Shown here in pieces: positions 27,477-36,817 of a stretch of DNA of 59,923 bases. Each line of letters starts with the position of its first letter. Position 1 is the first letter of the stretch. The stretch is from a virus (taxonomy: Duplodnaviria; Caudoviricetes), in the IMG/VR virus record IMGVR_UViG_3300036793_000083, positions 1-59,923 of that record. The stretch is one strand, 5' to 3'. The notes beneath the pieces are model-generated. The model worked only from the letters and a program-made list of their open reading frames with translations. It ran no database searches and was not told the DNA's origin. The position numbers and the translations under genes were made by a program.

Positions 27477-29260
27477 TGGCCGATCAGCAGAACACGGGCG
27501 GGATGGTCGCACTCGTCCCCTCCGATGACCACGCGCAGCAGATGGCGGTCGATGGCGGACTCGATCCCGGTGACCTGCATCTGACGCTGGTCTACCTCGG
27601 CGACGACGTGACCGATTGGGACGACGACCAGCAACAGCAGGTGGTCGACTCCGCGCAGCAGATGGCCAGCGCCATGTCGCCGGTGCAGGGCCGTGCGTTC
27701 GCTCACGCCGGTTTCAACCCGGACGGCTACCAGGACCGGCCACCGTGCGCGGTGTACTTGATCGGCGATGCACCCGGCCTCTCGGATGCACGCGACGCGC
27801 TGGCACCGCTGGCCTCGGCCGATCAGCATGAGCCGTTCGTGCCGCACGTGACGGCAGGCGAGGGCATCGATCCGTCGGGCCTGAGCTTCACGGGTCCGGT
27901 GACGTTCGACAAGATGCGCGTAGCGATGGGTGATCAGGTGACCGACATGCCACTGACCGGCGAGGCAGACCAGGGCGACGGCGCGGACAACCTCGCCGCC
28001 GCGGTGTCCGCGAAGCAACGCAGCAACGCGCAGGACGCTGGCGACACCTACCCGGGAACCGACAAGTTCCCCGTGAAGACGCGCGACCAGTTCAGTAAGG
28101 CGTGTGGCCTCGCGGGGAACAGCGACCTGCCCGGCGACAAGGTGCGCAAGTGGCTGATGAGTGTGGCCAAGCGCAAGGGCTGGACTGATCTCATCCCGGA
28201 CACGTGGAACCCTGACGGGTCGCTGACCGCTGCCGCCACCGCTCCCGAGGCGGTCCCCATCGAGTGGTTCCGCGATCCAGGGCTGGACGGACCGACGCCG
28301 CTGACCGTGGCCGACGATGGGCGGGTGTACGGCCATCTCGCGACCTGGCAGAGCGATCACATCGGATTCCCGGGCAAGCGGATCAAGCCGCCGCGCTCGG
28401 CTGCCGACTACGCCTACTTCCACACGGGCTCCCGGCTCACGGCGGATGGCGAGGAACAGCGCCCGATCGCCACGGGCCACATCACGCTCGACACCGGCCA
28501 CGCCGAGATGACCGCCGACGCCCGCGCGGCCTCGGCCCACTATGACAACACCGGGTCGTTGGCGGCCGACGTGTGCGCGGGCGAGGACGCGCACGGCATA
28601 TGGGTGGCGGGTGCGACGGTGCCGGGCCTGGATGAATTGCGGCTGCACAAACTGCGCGCGTGCGGACTCTCCGGTGACTGGCGGCGCATCGGCGCAGGCT
28701 TGGAACTGGTCGCAGCGCTGTCCGTGCCGACGCCCGGGTTCCCGATCCCCCGCAGCCGTGTCGCCTCGGCCGGCGAGCCGGTGGCGCTGGTCGCCGCGGG
28801 CGCGATGGCACCGGCCCCGGTGTTGGACCAGGACTCGATCGCCGAGGCGGTGGTGGCCCGCCTGGACCGGCGCGACGCCGACCGTGCCGAGCGCGAGGCA
28901 CTGACCGCGGCACTGCTGGAGGACGACACCGCCGAGCGGCTGGAGCTGATGGCCGATCTCGTCGCCGACGATCTGGAGGGCCTGACCGCATCCGCCGATG
29001 TGCTGACCGCGGCGCAGAATTGGGTACAGCAGACCGGTGGCCTTCCGCAGTACATCAAGCGGATCTCTGACCACCTGCGCGCGAAGGGCATGGACCAGTC
29101 GCGGTCGATCGCAGTCGCGGTCAACGCCGCCAAGCGAATGTGTGCCACCGGTGACCTGAATTTCCCGGGCCTGCAGCAGGTGAACGCCGGGTCTAAGGCC
29201 GAGGCGTGCGCAGCGGTGGCCGACTGGGAGCGCAAGAAAGCCCAGTCCCACGCGACGTGA
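27476..29260 (+). CDS. Capsid maturation protease with N-terminal 2H phosphoesterase domain
   Basis: HLTL and HVTA (2H motifs); GRVYGHLATW...SGDWR protease-type domain; lies between portal and capsid. Confidence 0.72.
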   Translation: MADQQNTGGMVALVPSDDHAQQMAVDGGLDPGDLHLTLVYLGDDVTDWDDDQQQQVVDSAQQMASAMSPVQGRAFAHAGFNPDGYQDRPPCAVYLIGDAPGLSDARDALAPLASADQHEPFVPHVTAGEGIDPSGLSFTGPVTFDKMRVAMGDQVTDMPLTGEADQGDGADNLAAAVSAKQRSNAQDAGDTYPGTDKFPVKTRDQFSKACGLAGNSDLPGDKVRKWLMSVAKRKGWTDLIPDTWNPDGSLTAAATAPEAVPIEWFRDPGLDGPTPLTVADDGRVYGHLATWQSDHIGFPGKRIKPPRSAADYAYFHTGSRLTADGEEQRPIATGHITLDTGHAEMTADARAASAHYDNTGSLAADVCAGEDAHGIWVAGATVPGLDELRLHKLRACGLSGDWRRIGAGLELVAALSVPTPGFPIPRSRVASAGEPVALVAAGAMAPAPVLDQDSIAEAVVARLDRRDADRAEREALTAALLEDDTAERLELMADLVADDLEGLTASADVLTAAQNWVQQTGGLPQYIKRISDHLRAKGMDQSRSIAVAVNAAKRMCATGDLNFPGLQQVNAGSKAEACAAVADWERKKAQSHAT

Positions 29261-29422
29261 CACGCGTGTGCGCATTGCGCGGATTGCGCGGCGCCTACCG
29301 TTCGGCGCAATGAAGGGGTATCGCGCCCGCACGACGACGCGCATAGCGCACCGGCCAGGCGGTCAGCGGTAACGGCGTAGCCGGCGGCCCCGGTGTCGAT
29401 CCTGCCTGACCGAGAGGCCGCC

Positions 29423-31492
29423 ATGTCTATCGAGCAGATCCGCGAACTTCTGTCCCGCCTGCGCGGCGACGGTGCCGACCCGACGTCGGTGACCGACGCG
29501 CAGCTGGCCGAGGCACGCGCGGCCATCACCGAGCAGGCCCGTGGCGACACCTCCGCGATGGCGCTCGATGACCTGCGCACCCTGCGCGACGCCCGCGCCG
29601 CCGTGGTGGAGCTGCAGACCAGCCGGGCCGCCGAGGCGACCGAACGCGAGGGCCTGCTGTCCGAGCTCACCGAGCCGACACCGGAGCCTTCCGAGGGTGA
29701 GATCACCGAGACTGAGGACCCGGCCGAGCCGGGCACGCGCACCCCGGGCGAGGCGCCGTCACCGGACGCACCGGCGCCCACGCCCGGGGTGCCTGACCCC
29801 GGGTCGACAGCACCGGCCGCGCAGCCTGCAGCCGTAGCCGCCTCGGGCCGCCGTGCGCCGAGTGGATCGATCGGGCGGGCCGCTCCCGCGCCCGATCCCG
29901 CGCTGGCGATCGTGGCCAGCACCACCGCGGCAGGCGGTACCGCGAGCTTCGCTGCGGGCGACGCCATCCCCGACCTCGGCGGACTGGCCCGCGCGATGGC
30001 CGAGCGCATCTCCACCTTGACGAAGAGTCGCGCCGCCGACGGTGAGCGCATCCACGTCGCCCGGGTGACGCGTCAGTATCCCGAGGCGCACCGGCTGAGC
30101 AATGACGCCAGTTTCGATGCGAACCACCGGAAGATCGAGGCGGTGACCAGCGCCGAGGCACTGGTGGCCGCCGGTGGACTCTGCGCCCCGCCGCAGACCC
30201 TCTACGACATTGAGGTGATCGGGTCATCGTCCCGCCCGATCCGTGCGGCCCTCACCCCGTTCATGGTGGAGCGCGGTGCGATCCAGTACCGCCCGAATAC
30301 CTCGGCTGCCGCAGCGGTGAACGGGGTGGGCGTGTGGACGCTGACCGACGACGCAGAGGCGGGTATCGGCGTCACCGATCCGAGCAAGGCGTGTTTCGAG
30401 GTGCCCTGCCCCGGACTGCAGACCGCGCAGATCCAGGCCATTTACCAGTGCCTGGAGTTCTCCAACATCACCGCGCGCTACGACCCGGAATCAACGGCGG
30501 CGAACGTGCGTTCCGGCGTGATCGCCCATACCCGTCTCGCCGAGAATCAACTACTCGCGGCGATCTATGCGACCAGCAAGATTGTCACGGTGGGCGCGCA
30601 GCAGGTCGGCGCGGTGCGTCACGTGCTGGTCGGCCTCGACAAGATCCTGGCCTACTACCGCAACCGGCACCGCATCGATGAGTCGGTCTCGCTGACCTGG
30701 ATCGTCCCGGCATGGGTCCGCAACATGTTCCGCGCCGACCTCGCCTACCAGATGGCGGCGGCGGACTGGCAGAGCGCACTGGCGGTGTCCGAGCAGATGA
30801 TCGACACGTGGCTGAGCGCCCGCGGCGTGACGCCCGCATGGCACCTGGATGGCGGGATCGGCGGCACAAACGAGATCCAGACGATCGCCATCACCGGCAC
30901 GCCGACGGGCGGCACGTTCACGCTGACCTACAGCGGCCAGACCACCGCTGCGATCCCGTACAACGCCACCGCAGCGCAGGTCAGTGCGGCATTGCAGGCG
31001 CTGAGCAACCTCACGGTGGACAACATCACCGCTGCGGGCGGACCGCTACCGGGCACCAGCGTCACGGTGCAGTTCAGCATCGGCTTCGGTGTCGACGCGG
31101 CGCTGATGACCGCGGCGGGGAGCTTCACCGGTGGATCCTCGCCCGCGGTGGCGGTGACGACGACCACGGCGCCGTCCACGACGGCCACGGTCAACAGCAT
31201 CAGCATCCCGGAGCAGGTCTACGACAATGTGAGCGCGGGCGCCACGGTTCCGCAGTTCCCGACCAGCGTCGACACGGCGCTGTTCGTCACCGGGACAAAG
31301 CTCTTCCTGGACGGCGGCACGTTGGATCTCGGCGTGGTGCGTGACTCGCAGCTCAACGCCCGCAACCGGTATCGCCAGTTCTTCGAGACGTTCGAGGGCG
31401 TGGCCGATCGCGGTATCGAGTCCCTGCGCGTCGTGATACCGGCCGGGCCGAGCGGCATGAGCGCGGGCACCGTCAGTGTGACCAGCGGCTGA
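29423..31492 (+). CDS. Major capsid protein with N-terminal scaffold region and inserted accessory domain
   Basis: AAGGLCAP..TLYD, GTLDLGVVRDSQLN..N.Y..F.ETFEG. Confidence 0.85.
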   Translation: MSIEQIRELLSRLRGDGADPTSVTDAQLAEARAAITEQARGDTSAMALDDLRTLRDARAAVVELQTSRAAEATEREGLLSELTEPTPEPSEGEITETEDPAEPGTRTPGEAPSPDAPAPTPGVPDPGSTAPAAQPAAVAASGRRAPSGSIGRAAPAPDPALAIVASTTAAGGTASFAAGDAIPDLGGLARAMAERISTLTKSRAADGERIHVARVTRQYPEAHRLSNDASFDANHRKIEAVTSAEALVAAGGLCAPPQTLYDIEVIGSSSRPIRAALTPFMVERGAIQYRPNTSAAAAVNGVGVWTLTDDAEAGIGVTDPSKACFEVPCPGLQTAQIQAIYQCLEFSNITARYDPESTAANVRSGVIAHTRLAENQLLAAIYATSKIVTVGAQQVGAVRHVLVGLDKILAYYRNRHRIDESVSLTWIVPAWVRNMFRADLAYQMAAADWQSALAVSEQMIDTWLSARGVTPAWHLDGGIGGTNEIQTIAITGTPTGGTFTLTYSGQTTAAIPYNATAAQVSAALQALSNLTVDNITAAGGPLPGTSVTVQFSIGFGVDAALMTAAGSFTGGSSPAVAVTTTTAPSTTATVNSISIPEQVYDNVSAGATVPQFPTSVDTALFVTGTKLFLDGGTLDLGVVRDSQLNARNRYRQFFETFEGVADRGIESLRVVIPAGPSGMSAGTVSVTSG

Positions 31493-31493
31493 C

Positions 31494-32330
31494 ATGTTCT
31501 CCACGGTTCCCGGTGTCCTCGCGGCGCCTCCAGCCCTCGGGCTGGTGGCGTCCGCGGTGCGCCCGCAGGATCCGGACACGCGCTGGACGGCGGGCATGGC
31601 GTGGATACCGGAGCGCTGCGGGATCACCTACCAGTTGATTCCGTACTGCTCGGACGCCGACCCGGACACCCACGACGCGGACACCACGGGCGCTGTCTAC
31701 TACCGCCCGCCTGCGGTCCGCTTCGCAGTCGCGTGCACCACGATGGGCGGCGGCGTGGACTCCGAGCGGATGCTGCGCGTGGTCGACGCGGCCACTCCGT
31801 ACGTGATCGCACGCGAACTGTGGAGCGGAACCGCGGCGCAGGCCGAGGCGAACTACGCGACTCCCTTCGGCGGCACGGGCACTAACCCGTATCTCGCCTC
31901 GGGCGCCGCCTCGGTGGTCGGGTCGGGCGGTACCTCGCCGGCGGTGGCCCTCGGCCTGCTGGAGCAGGCCGCACTGGACGCCGGAATGGGCCAGCGGGTG
32001 ATGCTGCACATCCCTCCGGACGTCCTGCCGTTGTTCGGACTCGGGCAGATCAGGATGATCGGTAACGACCTGCTGACCATGAACGGCTCCTACGTCATCG
32101 CCGACGCGGGATATCCGGGCAGCGGGCCCGCCGGGCAGGACCCGGGCGCGACGGTATGGGCCTACGCGACGTCACTCGTGTCGGTCCGGATGACCGGCAT
32201 AGAGATCGAGGACGTGCCGGTCCAGACAGTGGACCGCGCGACGAACACGATGACCGTGTGGGCAAACCGGGTGATCGCGGCGACGTTCGACCCGTGCGTG
32301 CACTTCGCCACCGAGATCACGAGGGAGTGA
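31494..32330 (+). CDS. Minor capsid / head-associated structural protein
   Basis: Position after the capsid gene; IADAGYPG, DRATNT. Confidence 0.6.
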   Translation: MFSTVPGVLAAPPALGLVASAVRPQDPDTRWTAGMAWIPERCGITYQLIPYCSDADPDTHDADTTGAVYYRPPAVRFAVACTTMGGGVDSERMLRVVDAATPYVIARELWSGTAAQAEANYATPFGGTGTNPYLASGAASVVGSGGTSPAVALGLLEQAALDAGMGQRVMLHIPPDVLPLFGLGQIRMIGNDLLTMNGSYVIADAGYPGSGPAGQDPGATVWAYATSLVSVRMTGIEIEDVPVQTVDRATNTMTVWANRVIAATFDPCVHFATEITRE

Positions 32331-32333
32331 GCG

Positions 32334-33320
32334 ATGCCCGCCTATGACGGATCCGGCACCCTGTTCGCGCGGGGCTGCCGCTTCACGAAGCTGGACGCCA
32401 GCGGGGCGCCACTGGTGGGCGCGAACAACTGCTACGTGACGGACGCCCTGGTCACGTTGGATGTCGGCCTGACCTTCACCGCGAATAAGGCCGTCGAGCA
32501 GCTGAACGGCAAAGGCGCGGTGTGTGTCTCATACCAGGCGCCGGACACCCTGGTCAGCGGCAGCATCGCGAAAATGTCCGTCTGCACCCCGGATCCGAAC
32601 ATCATGGCCTTCCTGATCGGCGGCGCGGTCGTGATCGGCGGCGTCGGGTCGACTAACGAGGTGCAGTCCCTGGCGATCACCGGCACGCCGACGGGCGGCA
32701 CGTTCACGCTCACGTTCTCCGGGCAGACCACCTCGGCCATCGCCTACAACGCCACCGCAGCCACGGTGCAGGCGGCACTGGAGGCGCTGAGCAACATCGA
32801 CCCGGGCGACGTGACCGCCACGGGAGGCGCGCTGCCCGCCATCGCGGTAACGCTGACCTTCGGCGGCCAGTACGCCGGGACCGACGTCCCCGCGGTCACC
32901 GTGACGGGCAGCTTCACCGGCGGCAGTTCACCGGCGGCGGCGATCACCACCACTACCCCGGGCACGGGCGGCATGGCGATCGGCTACCGGGCACCGCAGG
33001 TCAACACCGACGCGACTCCGAACGGCGTGGCCATCGAGATATGGACCAGCGCCATAGAGAACAACGCGCCGGCCACCGTGCTGCCGTACTTCCAATGGGT
33101 GTTCCCCCGCTGCCACATGCAGCTCTCCAGCGCGATGACCCTCGGCGCGGCGGCGGCCGGTACGCCCGAGTTCGGCGGGACCTGTACGCAGAACTCGGGC
33201 TTCGGGGATGGCCCGCTGAATGACATTGCGTTTGGCACGGACCGCGTGTGGCAGTTCTGCCGGGTCGCCGCCGATCCCACCACGTCGCCGGGCTTCGTCA
33301 CCGTGCTGGCCGACGCCTAA
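32334..33320 (+). CDS. Major tail protein with inserted accessory domain
   Basis: RFTKLDASG...CVSY...CTPDP...YFQWVFP...FGDGP. Confidence 0.75.
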   Translation: MPAYDGSGTLFARGCRFTKLDASGAPLVGANNCYVTDALVTLDVGLTFTANKAVEQLNGKGAVCVSYQAPDTLVSGSIAKMSVCTPDPNIMAFLIGGAVVIGGVGSTNEVQSLAITGTPTGGTFTLTFSGQTTSAIAYNATAATVQAALEALSNIDPGDVTATGGALPAIAVTLTFGGQYAGTDVPAVTVTGSFTGGSSPAAAITTTTPGTGGMAIGYRAPQVNTDATPNGVAIEIWTSAIENNAPATVLPYFQWVFPRCHMQLSSAMTLGAAAAGTPEFGGTCTQNSGFGDGPLNDIAFGTDRVWQFCRVAADPTTSPGFVTVLADA

Positions 33321-33330
33321 GATCACCGCT

Positions 33331-34080
33331 ATGGGCGACGCAACCCCGGCCGATCCCCCGCTGACCGGCGACGTATGCGGCGCGTGGGCGCAGGTAGACG
33401 CCCTGGCCGACGACGTGCGAGAGCTGCATGGCGACGCGCTCTGGTGCTCGATTCTCGCCACCGCCTCGGATGTGCTCTGGTCGGCCACCGGGCGGCGCTG
33501 GCGCAACGTCTCGATCAGCGAGACGGTGCAGGTGTACGGCCTGCCGTGCGTGCCGTGGGGCGGCTACCTCGCGACGTCGGCCGTCGGCTACGGGTACGGC
33601 TACAACACCGGCCTGCGCGGTGCTCGGCTGTACCGCGACGAGATCCCCCGTGCGCTGCGCCTGCCCCGTGACGACGTGACCGCCGTGACCGCCGTGACGC
33701 TGAACGGTGAGGCGCTGGACGACTGGGAGCTACACGGCAACTGGCTGGCTCGCCTCGATCGGTTCGGCTGGCACCGCGATACGGATATCACGTATTCGTA
33801 TGGCAAGCCGCGCCCCGCTCCCGGTGAGCTCGCGACGATCACCCTGGCCAGCGAGATCGGCCGATGGATGGCGGGCAAGGGCTGCCAGCTCCCGCAGCGC
33901 GTCCAGTCGGTGACGCGGCAGGGGGTGAGCTTCGCCGTGCTCGATGACCTGAAATTCTTGGACGACGGCTTGACGGGCATAGCGAGCGTCGACATGTGGA
34001 TCACCAGCGTCAACCCGTCGCACCAGCGGCGTAATGCCCTGTCCTGGTCGCCCGATCGCCTCCCCGTCAGGAGACCGTGA
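33331..34080 (+). CDS. Head-to-tail adaptor
   Basis: ASDVLWSATGRR...CQLPQRVQSVTRQGVS...TGIASVDMWITSVNP. Confidence 0.75.
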   Translation: MGDATPADPPLTGDVCGAWAQVDALADDVRELHGDALWCSILATASDVLWSATGRRWRNVSISETVQVYGLPCVPWGGYLATSAVGYGYGYNTGLRGARLYRDEIPRALRLPRDDVTAVTAVTLNGEALDDWELHGNWLARLDRFGWHRDTDITYSYGKPRPAPGELATITLASEIGRWMAGKGCQLPQRVQSVTRQGVSFAVLDDLKFLDDGLTGIASVDMWITSVNPSHQRRNALSWSPDRLPVRRP

Positions 34081-34262
34081 TGCAGGAACGCCCCGATGAC
34101 CCGTACTCCCCGCACGTCCTGGTGGCCGAGCCGTCGGGCCTGGCGGGGGATGACCTGGACACTCTGCGACGGGTGGACCTGATCGAGGTGGCCCGCGATC
34201 GCGGCCTGGCCATCCGGGGCGGCCGAGCGGAGCTGATCGAGCGCATCAGGGCGGCGTCCTGA
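34077..34262 (+). CDS. Small SAP-like domain protein
   Basis: LDTLRRVDLIEVARDRGLAIRGGRAELIERI. Confidence 0.6.
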   Translation: MMQERPDDPYSPHVLVAEPSGLAGDDLDTLRRVDLIEVARDRGLAIRGGRAELIERIRAAS

Positions 34263-34263
34263 C

Positions 34264-34791
34264 GTGGCGGCAGGGCAGGCGGTGGACGTCGCTGCCGTTG
34301 CGCAGGCGACCCTGGCAGCGGTGGAGGCCCACTACGGCGCCACCGCATCGGACCGGCTGCCCGACCGTCGGATCATCGCGTCAGGCGACGCCCGCACGCA
34401 GGCATGGGACTGTGAGCAGGTGACGGTGACCCTCGGCGGCATTCTGTGGGGCGCAGCACCGGGCCTCGGGTCGGTCCCGCAGCCGACCGGCCATGTCCTG
34501 TCCTCGGTGACCGTGCCGCATGTGGTGATCGTGGTGCAGATCGTGCGCCGGGTGCCCGTCTCGGAGGACCCGACCACCCCGCCGACCGCGCGGGACGTCA
34601 CCGTGGCTGGCCTGGCGCTGATGCGGGACGCGGGCCTGCTCTCGCAGGCGCTGGTGGAGTTGTGCGGGCGCGCAGGTGCACTGCGGACGTTCGGCGCGGC
34701 GCAGGCAGGCGACATGGCCACGCTCGGACCGGCGGGCGGGTACGCCGCGGTGGAGGGCACGCTGTCGGTGACCACGGGACCACTGCAGTGA
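34264..34791 (+). CDS. Head-tail connector / tail terminator-like protein
   Basis: AWDCEQVTV...GPAGG; position. Confidence 0.55.
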   Translation: MAAGQAVDVAAVAQATLAAVEAHYGATASDRLPDRRIIASGDARTQAWDCEQVTVTLGGILWGAAPGLGSVPQPTGHVLSSVTVPHVVIVVQIVRRVPVSEDPTTPPTARDVTVAGLALMRDAGLLSQALVELCGRAGALRTFGAAQAGDMATLGPAGGYAAVEGTLSVTTGPLQ

Positions 34792-35081
34792 GCGCCGACG
34801 GGCAGGCCGATATCGGCCACGGCCACGTCATCGAGTACGTCCGCGATCCCAACGGCACCGCGATCGGCCTGCATGACTACCACGACCGTCCCGACGGATC
34901 GGGGCGCTGCGCTGCGGGGTTCGTGTTCTTCGATATCCCCGAGGCGCAGTCCTATATGGCCACGAAGGCGAACTCTTGGCAGGTGGAGTCCCGAGAGCCA
35001 CTGACCCTCTCCCCGTCTCTGTTGTGTCGAGCTTGCGGGGATCACGGGTTTATCCGCGCCGGGAGATGGGTCCCGGCATGA
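34788..35081 (+). CDS. DUF6527-like Cys/His protein
   Basis: PLTLSPSLLC..CGDHGFIRAGRW. Confidence 0.65.
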   Translation: MSADGQADIGHGHVIEYVRDPNGTAIGLHDYHDRPDGSGRCAAGFVFFDIPEAQSYMATKANSWQVESREPLTLSPSLLCRACGDHGFIRAGRWVPA

Positions 35082-35488
35082 GCGCCAGCGTGACCAGCGT
35101 GACCGTCGACACCGCGGCGCTACGGAAGGTGTTCCACGACCAGCGCGGGGCGATCGGTCAGGATCTCGACAAGCGTGGTCGACGCGTACTCGACCACGCC
35201 CGGCGTGGCGTCGGCGTCGACACGGGCCTGCTGCTCTCCACCATCCGCATGAACCGGGGAGACAACTCGCGCGGGCAGTACCTCGACGTCATCGCGGGCG
35301 TGCAGGGCCTCACGCCCTATCTCGGCTACCACATGGAGGGCACCCGCCCGCACATCATCCGGCCACGCCGGACGGGCGGGTGGCTGCGGTTCACCTCGGG
35401 CGGTCGTGTGGTGTACGCCAAACAGGTCAACCACCCGGGCACGCGGCCTAATAGGTTCTTGGAGGCCGCGCTGCGCTTCGCCGTCTAG
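35078..35488 (+). CDS. HK97 gp10-like tail completion protein
   Basis: VDTGLLLSTI...EGTRPHIIRP...VNHPGTRPNRFL. Confidence 0.8.
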   Translation: MSASVTSVTVDTAALRKVFHDQRGAIGQDLDKRGRRVLDHARRGVGVDTGLLLSTIRMNRGDNSRGQYLDVIAGVQGLTPYLGYHMEGTRPHIIRPRRTGGWLRFTSGGRVVYAKQVNHPGTRPNRFLEAALRFAV

Positions 35489-35513
35489 GGGCAAGGAAGC
35501 GCAGCGCGGTGCC

Positions 35514-35924
35514 TTAGAGGGTGCTCAGCTCGGCACGTGCACCGGCGATCTCGGCGCACCGTGCGTAGATATCGGACGTCCGGCCGCTGGTCCGGTCGGC
35601 GCACATCCGCCAGTAGCCCGGCTTCGTATTCGGGTCGCAGGCGTTGATCATGGCGTCGGCGGCGCTGTCAATATCGCGCTGCCGTAGCTCAGACTCGGTG
35701 AGTGCGGGCGTGTGCGAGGCGATTGGCCACACGCACTCGGCGGTGAACACGAAGCCCTCGGGCCGGTCCGGGCGGCAGTCCAGCGCGACGGTTGACACCG
35801 CCTCCCCGCAGTCCCAGGTCAGCGCCCGGGTGACGACTCCGCGACGGGCGGGGAACTCGGGGGTGTCCACGATGACGGGGCACCCGGGAACGAGTGCCGC
35901 GAAGTATGCCGGTTGACCGGACAT
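35514..35924 (-). CDS. Moron-like hypothetical gene antisense within the tail module
   Basis: Has its own promoter and leader motif. Confidence 0.65.
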   Translation of the reverse strand: MSGQPAYFAALVPGCPVIVDTPEFPARRGVVTRALTWDCGEAVSTVALDCRPDRPEGFVFTAECVWPIASHTPALTESELRQRDIDSAADAMINACDPNTKPGYWRMCADRTSGRTSDIYARCAEIAGARAELSTL

Positions 35925-35930
35925 TGATCT

Positions 35931-36030
35931 CTCCATGTCGTCTGCGCCCCGTCGGGCGGGAATTCTGCGGTGACACTGGCTTATCGGTCCCGCCACTGTT
36001 GACGTTACAGCGGCCATATCGGCGAGTCAA
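35931..36030 (-). promoter_or_regulatory. Promoter plus leader motif (copy 4)
   Basis: TTGACT-17-TAACGT; CGCCC-GACG-GGGCG-cagac-GACATGGAG. Confidence 0.8.
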
Positions 36031-36098
36031 TGCCGTCACACGACTCGCGTACTCACGTGGCGTCGCGGTCACGCGCCTGCGCTGACCAGCATGGACGC

Positions 36099-36536
36099 AT
36101 GACGACCGCGAACGCACCGGCGCCCATCCTGGCGCCCAAGCGCTACGACGACGACGGCGACACGCGCACCAGCCGGGTGCCGTTCATCGCCGTATTCCGT
36201 CGTGACGGCGTGCCCGAGGATCACCAGTTCCTCGCGCTGCCCGCCATCGACTACAAGGCGACGATCGAGATGGCCACCGCTGGCGACACCATGCGCCAGG
36301 TCCGGGCGATGAACCGCCTGATCCGCCGGTGCCTGGTCGATGACGACGGCGTGTCCGTTAACCACGTGCCCGCCGAGGGCGAGGCCGCGCCGTCGTTCGC
36401 CGAGGGATCCTCGCGCCGACGATGGGCGTACCTGATGGACGACGACGACGGCGCGACCATCAGCGACAAGGTGATCACCGCGATGTACCGCGACCTGTTC
36501 CGCGAGGCGGCAGGTGGACGCCCTACGTCGAGGTGA
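36099..36536 (+). CDS. Tail assembly chaperone
   Basis: Upstream of the tape measure gene; ends GRPT. Confidence 0.65.
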   Translation: MTTANAPAPILAPKRYDDDGDTRTSRVPFIAVFRRDGVPEDHQFLALPAIDYKATIEMATAGDTMRQVRAMNRLIRRCLVDDDGVSVNHVPAEGEAAPSFAEGSSRRRWAYLMDDDDGATISDKVITAMYRDLFREAAGGRPTSR

Positions 36537-36817
36537 TGGGCGTCCTGTCCCTCACCTCGGATCGCGCCATCGGCCCGTACCTGCGCGGGCGTCTCTGGAT
36601 CGCAGGCATCCGCGACGCGACGTCGCTGGTGACCGCGCTCGACGTGCTGGAGGTGATCCTGATGGACACCCCGCAGGAAGCGCTGGCCGAGAAACGCCGG
36701 TCCCTGGACGTGGCGGTCGCGGTCGCCGAGGCGCGCGCCGGGATAGTGGACCGCGCTTCGTGGGGGCTCTCGCCTGAGCAGCAGGCCGCCACCGCTCCCC
36801 TGCTCGGCGGTGCGTGA
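36536..36817 (+). CDS. Second tail assembly chaperone ORF (-1 frame)
   Basis: G/T-like pair directly before the tape measure gene. Confidence 0.55.
   Translation: MGVLSLTSDRAIGPYLRGRLWIAGIRDATSLVTALDVLEVILMDTPQEALAEKRRSLDVAVAVAEARAGIVDRASWGLSPEQQAATAPLLGGA

Noticed and set aside
23637-30051. Long antisense ORFs (e.g. 23637-25142, 27422-29344, 28540-30051, and similar elsewhere)
   Set aside because: Shadow ORFs expected in high-GC DNA opposite recognisable genes.
30866-32960. Diversity-generating retroelement (TR/VR) behind duplicated segments
   Set aside because: No reverse transcriptase in the genome, and differences are not adenine-specific.
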